From assembly GCA_001798075.1 (NCBI GenBank), contig MGRG01000005.1:193148-257147 (forward strand): 64,000 nt of DNA, given 5' to 3'. The translations under genes were made by a program, and so were the position numbers. The stretch comes from Deltaproteobacteria bacterium RIFCSPHIGHO2_01_FULL_43_49 (GTDB lineage Bacteria; UBA10199; SPLOWO2-01-44-7). The notes below the pieces were generated by a model that saw only the letters and a list, made by a program, of their open reading frames with translations, did not search any database and was not told the origin of the DNA. Of the stretch, positions 46,579 through 56,603 are shown piece after piece (the first letter of the stretch is position 1; every line of letters starts with the position of its first letter).

Positions 46579-47388
46579 ATGTACCTTAACTATTGGCGTT
46601 TGAAGGAAAGGCCTTTCGAGACGGCTCCGGAAACGAAGTTCTTTTTTTCCTCCCACAATCATGAAGAGGCCCTTCAGAGACTTTTGTTTTCCTGTCATGA
46701 GCATCGTGGCTGTATGGTTTTAACTGGGGAATATGGATGTGGTAAGACACTTTTGAGCCGGGTTTTAATCCGCGAACTGGCTAGAGATGTTCGTTGCCAA
46801 ATTGCCCTCATTATCAATCCTCGCCTTGCCCCCAAGGAATTTTTGGAGATGATTTGGTTTGAGCTGGGAGGCTCAAAGGAAAAAAGCGGGATGGACAAAG
46901 TCCTTCTCCTCGAACATATCAAACAACTTCTGGAAGGCAATGCAAAGGCGGGCCGAGAAACAACCCTTATTATTGATGAAGCTCAGGCCATTGAGAATGA
47001 AGAGGTCTTAGAAGAAATTCGACTCCTTATGAATATTCAAGATGGCGAGGAGTTATTGCTGAATATGATTTTTATCGGCCAGCCCGAACTCAAAGAAAGG
47101 ATATTAAAACTAAAGCAGCTTGCCCAGAGAATACAAATGTGGTTTCACCTCCCCCCACTTACTCCAGAAGAGACCCATCACTACATCCAATACCGTTTAA
47201 CGATTTCGGGTGGCCATTCTGAGATTTTTACGTCGGAGGCCTGCCAAAAAGTTCATGCCCTGGCAGGCGGAATTCCCAGGCTCATCAATAATATATGTAA
47301 TATGGCCTTGTGGATTGGCGAAAAAAATCAATTACAAAAAATTAATCCAGAAACGGTTGAAATGGCCTTTCAAACACTGAAAGGGTAA
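46579..47388 (+). CDS. ExeA/GspA-like AAA ATPase (PEP-CTERM-locus type secretion ATPase family)
   Basis: RPFETAPETKFFFSSHNHEEALQRLLF ... Walker A GEYGCGKT ... Walker B LIIDEAQ. Confidence 0.7.
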   Translation: MYLNYWRLKERPFETAPETKFFFSSHNHEEALQRLLFSCHEHRGCMVLTGEYGCGKTLLSRVLIRELARDVRCQIALIINPRLAPKEFLEMIWFELGGSKEKSGMDKVLLLEHIKQLLEGNAKAGRETTLIIDEAQAIENEEVLEEIRLLMNIQDGEELLLNMIFIGQPELKERILKLKQLAQRIQMWFHLPPLTPEETHHYIQYRLTISGGHSEIFTSEACQKVHALAGGIPRLINNICNMALWIGEKNQLQKINPETVEMAFQTLKG

Positions 47389-47399
47389 ATAGGGCAAAG

Positions 47400-48260
47400 A
47401 TGAAGCGATTTTCATCCATCACCTTTCAAATGCTTTTCTTTTTGGCCCTTGGTGTTTTAACAGTGGGAGGCCTCTTTTTTTCTAGTCTTTCTTATAACAT
47501 TCAAGCCAGGGGGCTTTTGGGGAACGTTGAAAAAGATACGGAGTTTCTTAATCAAGTTAAAGAAATTCGCTACCATTTCAGTTTTGCAAGAAAAGAGGAG
47601 AAAAACTGGATTTTATTTAGGAATCCCAGTTACCTTGCATCGAGGAAGAAATCTCTTACGAGAGGAGAGAGCCTATTAGTAGATATTAAAAAACAGATGG
47701 CCACTCCGGAACTCGACGAATTGTTAGAATCTCTTGAGAGCCATCTGTTACACTACACGGCACTGGGTGAAGAATTGATGAGTGCCGATACGATAAAAAA
47801 AGTCGATCATTTTACAAAAAAGGCAAAGACAATCGATGAGGGGGTGACAGAGCAGATTTCTGAAATCACGGGGTTTCTATTGAAACGAGTCGATGAAAGT
47901 CAAAAAATAGCAACAGGAGCGTTTCAAACCTATTTTGTTTGGTCTCTTGTTTCTGTTTTTTCTGGGTTGGCTTTGTTCGTGGGTGCAGGGCTCCTTTGGA
48001 CTTATCGTTTGAAGGTGCGTTTGAAAAAACTCCTCAGGGCTACACGTAAAATGGCGATTGGAGACTATTCCCCACAATTGGAGACCCTCTATTCCGATGA
48101 GCTAGGTGTTTTGGCCGCCAATTTTAATGAAATGGCTGCAAAAATCGCCGAGCGTGAGGAAAAAATTAACCAGATCACCCAGGAGCTCATTCAGGCGAAT
48201 AATTTGCTTAAGAAAAGCGCAACCCCTATCCATCAGATTCCGAAATCTACAATTCGGTAA
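47400..48260 (+). CDS. membrane protein with HAMP-like domain and coiled coils
   Basis: Signal anchor. Periplasmic helical region. TM helix YFVWSLVSVFSGLALFVGAGLLW, then a HAMP-like segment RATRKMAIGDYSP...DELGVLAANFNEMA. No kinase domain. Confidence 0.5.
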   Translation: MKRFSSITFQMLFFLALGVLTVGGLFFSSLSYNIQARGLLGNVEKDTEFLNQVKEIRYHFSFARKEEKNWILFRNPSYLASRKKSLTRGESLLVDIKKQMATPELDELLESLESHLLHYTALGEELMSADTIKKVDHFTKKAKTIDEGVTEQISEITGFLLKRVDESQKIATGAFQTYFVWSLVSVFSGLALFVGAGLLWTYRLKVRLKKLLRATRKMAIGDYSPQLETLYSDELGVLAANFNEMAAKIAEREEKINQITQELIQANNLLKKSATPIHQIPKSTIR

Positions 48261-48262
48261 TC

Positions 48263-49873
48263 TTGGACTCGCTCTTCCAACCTTCCTACTACCTCATTGA
48301 CCCTCTAAGAAAAAAATCCTATAGGTTGAACATGGACAAGAGATGGCGCTCCACAACGCCCTGTAAAGTTAGCCTTATTCGCCCCCCTTCTATTGTTTCC
48401 CGCTATGCCATAGTGGCTCCTCTAGCTGTGCCGTTAGGGGTAGCATATCTTGCCTCTAGCTTGCGAGAGGCGGGTCATCGGGTTCAACTCATTGATGGAG
48501 TTGGGCTTAATACCAAGGAACCAAGACCTTGGAGTGATACTACGATTTATCGAGGTCTTTCCTTCGAAGAGATAGCAACACTCGTTGACCCTCAAACCAA
48601 TGTGATTGGGGTGTCTTGCATGTTTTCTAGCGACTGGCCGTTTGTGCGAGAGATGATTGAAACAATCCACCATAAGCATCCAGAAATCCCTATTGTACTG
48701 GGTGGTGAACATGTCACGGCTATTCCCGAGATCTGCCTAAACAGTTGCCCTTACGTCTCAGCATGTGTCGTTGGAGAGGGTGAGGAAACTTTTTTAGAAT
48801 TTTTAGAACATTTCAGTGAAAAGAAACCTTTAAACTCAGTAGCTGGACTGGTGTTTCGTAATGCAGAGCAGCACATCGTACATACTACTCCAAGAAACCG
48901 CATCCGTAATATTGACGATATTCCTTGGCCGGCATGGGATTTAGTACCGATGGAAAACTATCTTTCTCAACACCTCAGCGCAGGTACTCGCCATGGAAGA
49001 TCGATCGGCATGTTGGCCTCACGTGGTTGCCCTTACCAATGTACCTTCTGCTCCAACCTTAATATGTGGACTCCACGTTGGTTCGCTCGCGATCCCGAGA
49101 AAGTCATTGACGAAATCGAACACTATGTTCGTTGCTACCAAGTCGAAAATGTAGAATTTTTCGATCTCACGGCGATCATTAAAAGAGAATGGATATTATC
49201 ATTCTGCAATGGCCTAAAACGCCGTGGAATCAAAATCGTATGGCAGTTTCCTGTCGGCACTCGTTCGGAAGCGGTGGATAGGGAAGTTGCTAGGGCAATG
49301 ATATCGAGTGGCTGTCTTATAATGGGTTATGCACCGGAGAGTGGTTCGCCCGATACTCTCAAACAAATCAAAAAAATGGTTCATCTGCCCAGGCTCAAAC
49401 AATCTATGAGGGAGTGCCATGAAGCAGGACTAAACATGAAAGCGAATATGATGCTTGGTTTTCCAAGCGAAACACATCGCAACGTATGGGAAACTTTAAA
49501 ATTCCTTTTGGCTATGAGCTGGATAGGCGTTCATGACATATCGTTTTTCCCATTTGCGCCTTATCCTGGTTCACCTCTTTTCGAGGAATTGCGAAAAAAA
49601 GATAAACTTCCAGATATTTTCTCGGATCAATGGTTTTTCTCTCTTGCCTTCAGTAAGCTGGTGGGCTTTAAATGCTACTCTGAACACTATGGCAAAGGAA
49701 TGCTGCGCCTTTATCAAGCTTTAGGTTATATGATTTTTTATGGAACAGCATTTCTTTTTAGACCTGTGCGAATCTTGAGGATGATCAAAAATTTGGTCAC
49801 AGATAGTCATCAATCTCGTAGTGAAACCGTCCTCCTCTACTTTTTTCGCCGCCTGGCACACAAACCGGGCTAA
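48263..49873 (+). CDS. B12-binding domain radical SAM protein (class B)
   Basis: N-terminal Rossmann-like cobalamin-binding region. Radical SAM cluster motif CPYQCTFCSN. The true start is probably the internal MDKRW near 48332. Confidence 0.8.
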   Translation: MDSLFQPSYYLIDPLRKKSYRLNMDKRWRSTTPCKVSLIRPPSIVSRYAIVAPLAVPLGVAYLASSLREAGHRVQLIDGVGLNTKEPRPWSDTTIYRGLSFEEIATLVDPQTNVIGVSCMFSSDWPFVREMIETIHHKHPEIPIVLGGEHVTAIPEICLNSCPYVSACVVGEGEETFLEFLEHFSEKKPLNSVAGLVFRNAEQHIVHTTPRNRIRNIDDIPWPAWDLVPMENYLSQHLSAGTRHGRSIGMLASRGCPYQCTFCSNLNMWTPRWFARDPEKVIDEIEHYVRCYQVENVEFFDLTAIIKREWILSFCNGLKRRGIKIVWQFPVGTRSEAVDREVARAMISSGCLIMGYAPESGSPDTLKQIKKMVHLPRLKQSMRECHEAGLNMKANMMLGFPSETHRNVWETLKFLLAMSWIGVHDISFFPFAPYPGSPLFEELRKKDKLPDIFSDQWFFSLAFSKLVGFKCYSEHYGKGMLRLYQALGYMIFYGTAFLFRPVRILRMIKNLVTDSHQSRSETVLLYFFRRLAHKPG

Positions 49874-49892
49874 TGAATTTCACGGTAACTCA

Positions 49893-51320
49893 TTAATCTA
49901 CAATTCTGTAATTTTGCACCCGACTTTCCAATCCTTCCCAAATCGCTTCTACCGCCAAACCGTCAGTCAACCCATTGGCAATAAACCGCCCCATATCTAC
50001 GCAATGGTCGCTATTATTGTAATTGTAAAAACCGATCCGCCCGGTGGAAATAAAATTACTATTTTTTTTCAACTCCCTGTAGAGGGAACTCGTAATCTCT
50101 TTATAATGCAGATCATAACGAGGATAAAATTTTGGAAAACGTTTTACAAAAGAAAAAAGGACATCCCCTTTATCTATTAAGCCACATCGCTCTAAACCAT
50201 TTATGCAAAGGTGAGATAATTCTGTGTCGCTCCTATTCCATAACTCACCGCCATATTCTCCCGTAAAGTCACAGCAAAGGAGAGTTTTGTCTTGTGGTAT
50301 CATATCGATGCTCATATTCTTTTGTTCAAAAACCCTCCCAAATAAAAATTCCCTTCCTGGAAAAAAGATCCAATGGTCCTTCGTCACCTGTTTTTTCATA
50401 AGACCGATATAAACCAAAAACACGGCTCGGTATTGAAGTCTTTTAGACAATGCCAATAATTCTCCTGTTGTCTTATCCTTCTCATGACTCATTAGTTCCA
50501 AAGCAACATCAAAGGGAAGAGTGGAAATTAAATAATCAACTGGTAAAGTTATAGTGCCGCTGGGCCGATTGATAGTTACTTCCTTGATTCTATTCTTTTC
50601 TAAATAAATCTTCAGTGGCGTGGCCTGAGTAAAAATCTGTCCTCCATGCTTTGTTATTTCTTCTCCCATTCTAAGCGGGATGCGACCGAATCCCATTTTG
50701 GGATAATAAAAATAAGTCGCGTCGGTAAGGACGTTTTCTTTTTTTAGGCGCACAATTCTTGTCATTAGCTCAAGTACATTTTGACTGGGTATCCTAGCCT
50801 TTGCAATATCTGCCGACAATGTCTCGGGCGATCCCCATGTTTTTTCAGCTAAAGGCCTAAAAACTAAATCATAGATAGTACGGCCAAAATGGTGGAGGCA
50901 ATATTCTTCAAAAGAAAGACTGTTCTTTTGACGAGAGGCCGTGTTTTTTAGAAGGATTTTCAGAAAATCAAGCCCACAGTGAAAAATATTTCTGAACCTC
51001 ATTTGCAAAGCGAGTTCTGAAAATTGAAGAGGGTAGTTTAAATATTTTCCAAAGAGATAAATACGATTTTTTTTTTCGTGTGTTAATAATTCATTTCCCA
51101 TCAATGTTTTAATTTCATCCAGAACTCCGGGAAGGGTAGAAAAACACTTGTGGGGACCGTAGTCCAATAACATATCCTCATGGGAAAAAGTGCCACACAT
51201 CCCCCCCAAAACGGACTCCTTCTCAATAACCGTCACATCAAACCGGCCGGTACGGGAAAGCATCCATCCTGCCGAAAGTCCCCCGACTCCCCCCCCAAAA
51301 ATAACGACCTTCTTTTTCAT
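49893..51320 (-). CDS. FAD-dependent oxidoreductase (amine-oxidase/protoporphyrinogen-oxidase-like fold)
   Basis: VVIFGGGVGGLSAGWML ... VTVIEKESVLGG dinucleotide-binding motif. Confidence 0.7.
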   Translation of the reverse strand: MKKKVVIFGGGVGGLSAGWMLSRTGRFDVTVIEKESVLGGMCGTFSHEDMLLDYGPHKCFSTLPGVLDEIKTLMGNELLTHEKKNRIYLFGKYLNYPLQFSELALQMRFRNIFHCGLDFLKILLKNTASRQKNSLSFEEYCLHHFGRTIYDLVFRPLAEKTWGSPETLSADIAKARIPSQNVLELMTRIVRLKKENVLTDATYFYYPKMGFGRIPLRMGEEITKHGGQIFTQATPLKIYLEKNRIKEVTINRPSGTITLPVDYLISTLPFDVALELMSHEKDKTTGELLALSKRLQYRAVFLVYIGLMKKQVTKDHWIFFPGREFLFGRVFEQKNMSIDMIPQDKTLLCCDFTGEYGGELWNRSDTELSHLCINGLERCGLIDKGDVLFSFVKRFPKFYPRYDLHYKEITSSLYRELKKNSNFISTGRIGFYNYNNSDHCVDMGRFIANGLTDGLAVEAIWEGLESRVQNYRIVD

Positions 51321-51323
51321 CCC

Positions 51324-52253
51324 TTATCTCTTCCAAGCAATGACAAGTGTTTGACCTATCCAGTAAGGAACTTGCACGCTTTGTAACCTCAATTTTTGGA
51401 CAAGTTTTTTACCAAGGTGGCCCATTTTTGGAAAATAAGCCTGCATGCGACGAAAAATATATTCAACTTCTAATGTTTGGAAATGAGGTTTGAATGCAAC
51501 AATTTTGAAGCCACAGTGCTTTAGTAAATTTGTGATGGAAGTTTTTGTAAAGTAATAAAGATGAACGGAGAGTAGAAAGACCCATTTTCTACCCATAAAC
51601 TTTGAAATCCAGCTGCCAACGTCGGGATAATTGACGATAAGCAATCCCCCCGGGCGTAAAATGCGATGACATTCCTCCAAAACTTTTCTGGGTGATGGAG
51701 TGTGTTCCAAAACATCCCAAAGAGTAATAATATCAAAAGTTGCATCCTCACAATTCAAGCTTTGGATTTCTCCAGCATGAATGGGAATTCCATATTGTTT
51801 TTGTCCCCATTCACAAAGCCATCGGTTTGGTTCACAACCCACCACATCCCACCCTCTTTTTTTGGCAACATACAAAAAGGAGCCTCCGGCTGCGCCAACA
51901 TCCAAAATTTTTCCCTTGTCCGATTTTTTCCAGAACCTCTCCACAATATTGAGACAACGCTCAAAGGTTCTTTCCCTTGCTTTTGCTTGGGAAACAAAAG
52001 TGGTGTCATTGCCACTGGCGTATCCCTCTAGAATCAGTGAGGCATTCAAACGAGGATTCACATAGGTCAGACCACACTGGGTACACCGAACAACTTGATC
52101 AATAAGGATTTCATCTCCAGAGCTTCTGAATTTTTCTTCGATATCGGTGTATCGTTGTTTTTCATAACAGGCGGGGTAAATAATTATATAGTTATCGCTT
52201 TCACACAGATCACATTTTATCTGTTCTAAGGGAAGATTCGTAGAAACAGTCAT
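51324..52253 (-). CDS. class I SAM-dependent methyltransferase with N-terminal Cys4 zinc ribbon
   Basis: CDLCES...CTQCGL zinc ribbon. ILDVGAAGGSF motif I. Confidence 0.75.
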   Translation of the reverse strand: MTVSTNLPLEQIKCDLCESDNYIIIYPACYEKQRYTDIEEKFRSSGDEILIDQVVRCTQCGLTYVNPRLNASLILEGYASGNDTTFVSQAKARERTFERCLNIVERFWKKSDKGKILDVGAAGGSFLYVAKKRGWDVVGCEPNRWLCEWGQKQYGIPIHAGEIQSLNCEDATFDIITLWDVLEHTPSPRKVLEECHRILRPGGLLIVNYPDVGSWISKFMGRKWVFLLSVHLYYFTKTSITNLLKHCGFKIVAFKPHFQTLEVEYIFRRMQAYFPKMGHLGKKLVQKLRLQSVQVPYWIGQTLVIAWKR

Positions 52254-53134
52254 TTTCTTTTTAGGAGGATATGCAGCTCTCGGAAGCGGGTATTGACAGA
52301 ACTCAAAACCATCCCAATTCCGAACATGAAAAAGGAGAGCAGGAGTAAGGCTACGGCAAGAATGGTCCCGAAAGTATTAGCAATCTTGAGATAGCATCCG
52401 ATACTTAAGAAGGCCATTAGCAGAGCAACAGCCGAAAAAATACGTAAGGGATGATGATCCCGAAGCAAAACAGCAATGGTGAGCAAGATGCGGTATCCAT
52501 CATAGAAAGTGTGTAGTTTCGAGTGACTACCGCGGGGGCGTTCTTTGTACCCAATGGGGATCTCTTTGATGGTCATTCTTTGCTCGATGGCTTGCAAGGT
52601 GAGTTCTGTCTCGATTTGGAAGCCGGTAGTAATTAATGGGATGTGCCTGACAAAATTTTTGCTAAAGACCCTATAACCTGACAAGATATCCTTGAATTTT
52701 GTTCTGAAGCAAAAATTGAGAAAGCCTGTAAGCAAGTGGTTGCCAAATCGGTGTAGCCAACGCATTCCATTGCCTCCAGGAGTTTCCAATCTTGTTCCAA
52801 CAACCATATCGGCTTCACCTTTTTGAATACAATCTACCATAGGATGGACGCTTTTCACGGGATAAGTGTCATCCCCATCCACTAGGACAATGATGTCTGA
52901 CTGAACGTGAGCAAAGATGGCCTGGACAACACTTCCTTTTCCTTTGCGATTTACTCGAACAACGGTCGCATTTTTGCTTTTTGCAATGGAGGCTGTCCTG
53001 TCGGTTGAGTTATTGTCAAAGACAATCATTTCGGCTTGTGGCAACTCTTTGCGAAAATCGTCAATGACTTTACCAATGGTTGACTCTTCATTAAAACAAG
53101 GGATGACTACGCAGATTGTCGGTTCTTTATCCAA
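52250..53134 (-). CDS. GT2 polyprenyl-phosphate glycosyltransferase (GtrB/ArnC/DPM1-like, two C-terminal TM helices)
   Basis: ICVVIPCFNEE, DNNSTD and VLVDGDD motifs. Two C-terminal TM segments. The ORF track runs to 53278, overlapping the upstream gene by 142 bp. The TTG at 53134 is preceded by GGAGAA and is the likely start. Confidence 0.8.
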   Translation of the reverse strand: MDKEPTICVVIPCFNEESTIGKVIDDFRKELPQAEMIVFDNNSTDRTASIAKSKNATVVRVNRKGKGSVVQAIFAHVQSDIIVLVDGDDTYPVKSVHPMVDCIQKGEADMVVGTRLETPGGNGMRWLHRFGNHLLTGFLNFCFRTKFKDILSGYRVFSKNFVRHIPLITTGFQIETELTLQAIEQRMTIKEIPIGYKERPRGSHSKLHTFYDGYRILLTIAVLLRDHHPLRIFSAVALLMAFLSIGCYLKIANTFGTILAVALLLLSFFMFGIGMVLSSVNTRFRELHILLKRK

Positions 53135-53136
53135 TG

Positions 53137-54600
53137 TCAGATTCTCCTTGCTTTCAAAATGAGCCCCCAAGTTTTCAAGGCGCGGTAAGGGGTCATCTCC
53201 ATTTTTGTCTCGAAGCGCAGCTTCAGAAAATTCATTATTTGCCTTAATATTTTTTGTGGATGGTAAAGGAGTTTCCATAAGAGAAAGCGACGATATAATC
53301 GAAAGCGAAATTTCGCCAATTTTTTATAGTCTCTTCTCCAAGAAGGGGAGAAAGTCAATTCCGAATAGTTTTTAAACCCGGAAAATTCGTTATAGATTTT
53401 AGAGCCAGGTACGGGGGTAATGATAAATTGGGCTATTTCATCAATACCAGCCTTTGTTAGGAGGCGCGCCAAATTTATTGTCTGTTTTCTGTCTTCATCA
53501 TCTTCCCCCGGGAATCCCAAAACAAAACAGGCCTGGGAGAAAATTCCAAAATGATTCATTGCCTTCACAAGCTGTGTAGCATGTCCAATATTAAATGGTT
53601 TTTGGATCTTTTGCATAATTTTGGGCGAGCCCGATTCGGGCGAAATGGAAATGTAACGGCATCCTGCTTTGGCCATCCATTCAATTGTTTTTTCACTTTT
53701 GATCGATTCCACTTTTGTGCCGGCGGCAATTTTCCAAATAATTTTTAGTTTTTTCTCCACGATTTTTTGGCACAAAGTCTGGATGCGTTCATCATTAATA
53801 GTGGGATTAACATCTTCAATGTGAAATTCACTAACTCCCAGGGTTTTTTGAAACCATTCCATCTCGGCAACAACATTTTCCGCCGATCTGGCGCGCCATT
53901 TCTGATTATTAGTTTCAGGAATAACGCAAAACCGACAAGGATAGGGACATCCTCTGGAGGTTAGCAAAGGAAGATAGCGTTTTGTTTCAAAGGGCCCATG
54001 TGCATAACGCAAATTCCAGTAGTTTTGGAGTGGAAAGAGATCCCAAGCAGGGAAGGGGAGTTTGTCTAAGTCTTCAATTTGTTTGTCATTTTCAAGAAGG
54101 GTATGCAATTCTTCAGAAGAACCATTTTTTTCCAGAGCCCCAACAAATTTTAAGCCCTTTTCTTCAACTTCTCCCGTCAAAACATAGTCGACGCCGACTG
54201 AATAAAAATCTTTTTGGACCGCTTTGAGTGAATAAGCGGTTACAGCCTGAGTGTTTTCAAAAACAATAATGGGAATTTTTGGAAAACTTTGTTTTAATCT
54301 CTTTGCAATTTCAATAGTTGAATAATGGCTGGCAAGGTTGATGGCATAGAGAAAAAACGCTTTTGTTTGAGGCGCGATTTTATCAACAACATCTTGGGTT
54401 GTTAATCCCCGAATCACAAAGCCATTTTCGAAACGACTTTTTTGTGGTGCCTCTCCAAAAGCATCGATGATCCCAAACTTTATTTTGTTTTGTCTCAAGA
54501 CAGCAGCGAAATAAGCCAACCCGATTGGCATATAAACGATACCTGTTGTAAAGGGGTCTGATTTCTGAACAATCAAATTAGGATTGATGAGGGTATACAT
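53137..54600 (-). CDS. B12-binding domain radical SAM protein (class B), paralog of 48263..49873
   Basis: N-terminal B12-binding-like domain. Radical SAM cluster motif SRGCPYPCRFCVIP. Confidence 0.8.
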   Translation of the reverse strand: MYTLINPNLIVQKSDPFTTGIVYMPIGLAYFAAVLRQNKIKFGIIDAFGEAPQKSRFENGFVIRGLTTQDVVDKIAPQTKAFFLYAINLASHYSTIEIAKRLKQSFPKIPIIVFENTQAVTAYSLKAVQKDFYSVGVDYVLTGEVEEKGLKFVGALEKNGSSEELHTLLENDKQIEDLDKLPFPAWDLFPLQNYWNLRYAHGPFETKRYLPLLTSRGCPYPCRFCVIPETNNQKWRARSAENVVAEMEWFQKTLGVSEFHIEDVNPTINDERIQTLCQKIVEKKLKIIWKIAAGTKVESIKSEKTIEWMAKAGCRYISISPESGSPKIMQKIQKPFNIGHATQLVKAMNHFGIFSQACFVLGFPGEDDEDRKQTINLARLLTKAGIDEIAQFIITPVPGSKIYNEFSGFKNYSELTFSPSWRRDYKKLAKFRFRLYRRFLLWKLLYHPQKILRQIMNFLKLRFETKMEMTPYRALKTWGLILKARRI

Positions 54601-54602
54601 GG

Positions 54603-55787
54603 TTAGCTATTTGATTCCTTGTCTCTAAGATAGGAATACCGCTCTTTGGTTAGAAGTTTTGCCCCTGGGAATTTTTGTATTTTGTGCATGATATTATGCA
54701 ATGATACATCATTGAGAGGGCAGGTATTGCAAATGTTCAAATCACACCGATTTGTTTTTAGTTTTACACGAAAAGTTTGATAACCCTTCCCATTCCAGAC
54801 TTCTTCAAACGATTTTTCCTGGAGGTTTCCAAGCTTCATTTGGTAATCGTAATAGAGACAACAGGGATTGACTCGTCCATCCCAGGAAACAGCCACAACA
54901 TAGTAGGGAAAATAACAGGGCCCTTTTCCATCGAGGGAATTCTTTAGGTCCTCAGAAATGGTTGTCAGATTCCTAACGACCTCTGTCATTTTATATTGTG
55001 CAGCCAGCCCAATTGCTTGACTCAGAATTTCTTGAATCAGGGGTGAGTTTTTCAGAATTCTAGACTGTTGTTGTTCGATGTCGTAACCGTAACCCCTCGC
55101 AAAAGTTGGAATAATTTTCAATTTTTCATGGCAGAATTGAACCATCAACGGCACTTCATGGATATTGTCTTGAGTGATCGTGAAATTAATCGTAATAACT
55201 ATTTTTGATTTTTCTTGTTCGGTAATCTTTTTAAATTCTTGAATCCCTTCAATGGTTTTTTGAAATTTGGCCCCGACCCTTATTTTTTCAAAATTTTCCG
55301 GGGTTGGGCTATCTATGGAAAACCATATCTGATCTAGTCCGGTCTTGATGATTTCACGGGAAAGTTTGCTATTGAGCATGGTTGCATTAGAAGAGATGCG
55401 GGCGGTAATTTTTCTTTTCTTACAATACCTTACCATTTCCAGTATTTGTGGATTCAAAAAAGGTTCGCCAAATCCGACAAATGCGACGAAAATAGGATCA
55501 ATACCGCCACAGATTTTTTTGAAAAACTCAAATTTCATATGTCTTAAATCGCGGGTAATCGATTCGGTGCGAGGGCACATTGTGCATTTTAAATTACAAA
55601 CACCTGTTGGCTCTATATGAAGGAAGAGGGGATTTTTTGCCCTTTTTGTTCCACGATACATGGCAAAGCCCGTTTCAAACATCCTTTTGACATTCCGAGG
55701 GCTTAATTTCAAAACTTGCAACGCCACCTGAAAATGTTGGGATGACTCTTGCAGTTTTTTGATGAGTAAATGTTTAGTGTCAAACAT
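54603..55787 (-). CDS. radical SAM protein with C-terminal SPASM/twitch-like Cys cluster
   Basis: GVCNLKCTMCPR CxxxCxxC motif. The C-terminal region has additional Cys residues (CYFPYY...CCLYYD...CNTCPLN). Confidence 0.78.
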   Translation of the reverse strand: MFDTKHLLIKKLQESSQHFQVALQVLKLSPRNVKRMFETGFAMYRGTKRAKNPLFLHIEPTGVCNLKCTMCPRTESITRDLRHMKFEFFKKICGGIDPIFVAFVGFGEPFLNPQILEMVRYCKKRKITARISSNATMLNSKLSREIIKTGLDQIWFSIDSPTPENFEKIRVGAKFQKTIEGIQEFKKITEQEKSKIVITINFTITQDNIHEVPLMVQFCHEKLKIIPTFARGYGYDIEQQQSRILKNSPLIQEILSQAIGLAAQYKMTEVVRNLTTISEDLKNSLDGKGPCYFPYYVVAVSWDGRVNPCCLYYDYQMKLGNLQEKSFEEVWNGKGYQTFRVKLKTNRCDLNICNTCPLNDVSLHNIMHKIQKFPGAKLLTKERYSYLRDKESNS

Positions 55788-55789
55788 GA

Positions 55790-56431
55790 CTACGATATTC
55801 TTTTAGCTAAAACACCTAGTTCTGAAATGACAGATGTTCTAGCAATAATTTGAAAGTTGTGTTGATTCAACACTGTCTCTAATTCTTGCAATGACCATGG
55901 CACCTCAGGGACTTCGTCTAGTAAATGAAAATAGCTGAAAATGCCTTCATTCAGGATGCGATACCACGCATTGCGAATAGGGACTAAAATAAGCAAGTAT
56001 CCTTGATCGCTTACAAGATTGCAGTGGATATCAATGATTTTTTGCCGCGTACTTCCGATAAAGTGTTCAATAAGTCCCCCAGAATGGACAAGATCAAATT
56101 TTTTATTAAGACTATCTAATTCAAAAACGTCGTTTTCTAGAATCTGAAAGGATTTTTGAAAATTTTTAAAGGACTTTTTACTTAAGTCCAACGCTGTTTT
56201 GTTATTGTCTACAATGATAATTTGCGCATCGTATTTTTCACCAAGAAAGCGGCTCATAACAGCAGTGCCAGCGCCCAATTCACAAAAATGGGAAGCTTTT
56301 CTAAAAGTAATGCCTCTTAGTAATCTTTCATAAGCACCTTTGACTAAACGGGACCTAAGAGATTCGATTAAAGGTTTGTTTACAAAGTTTTTGAAATAGC
56401 CATCCCAATTTACAGGCAGTTTTTCATTCAT
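55790..56431 (-). CDS. class I SAM-dependent methyltransferase
   Basis: FCELGAGTAVMS motif I and IIIVDNN motif II. Confidence 0.7.
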   Translation of the reverse strand: MNEKLPVNWDGYFKNFVNKPLIESLRSRLVKGAYERLLRGITFRKASHFCELGAGTAVMSRFLGEKYDAQIIIVDNNKTALDLSKKSFKNFQKSFQILENDVFELDSLNKKFDLVHSGGLIEHFIGSTRQKIIDIHCNLVSDQGYLLILVPIRNAWYRILNEGIFSYFHLLDEVPEVPWSLQELETVLNQHNFQIIARTSVISELGVLAKRIS

Positions 56432-56603
56432 GAGTAATATTGTTGAATTGTTTGTTGATAGAGTTTCTTTAATAACCTATTTTGAAATAGTGGCTTGGGC
56501 TAAATGGCATACGACTGATTTCTAAGTTCCGGACTTTTTTGGTAGAGGGAAAACATCGGTGCATCATAATGAAGGCCGGCAATGCGGATGATTCTAAAGC
56601 TTC

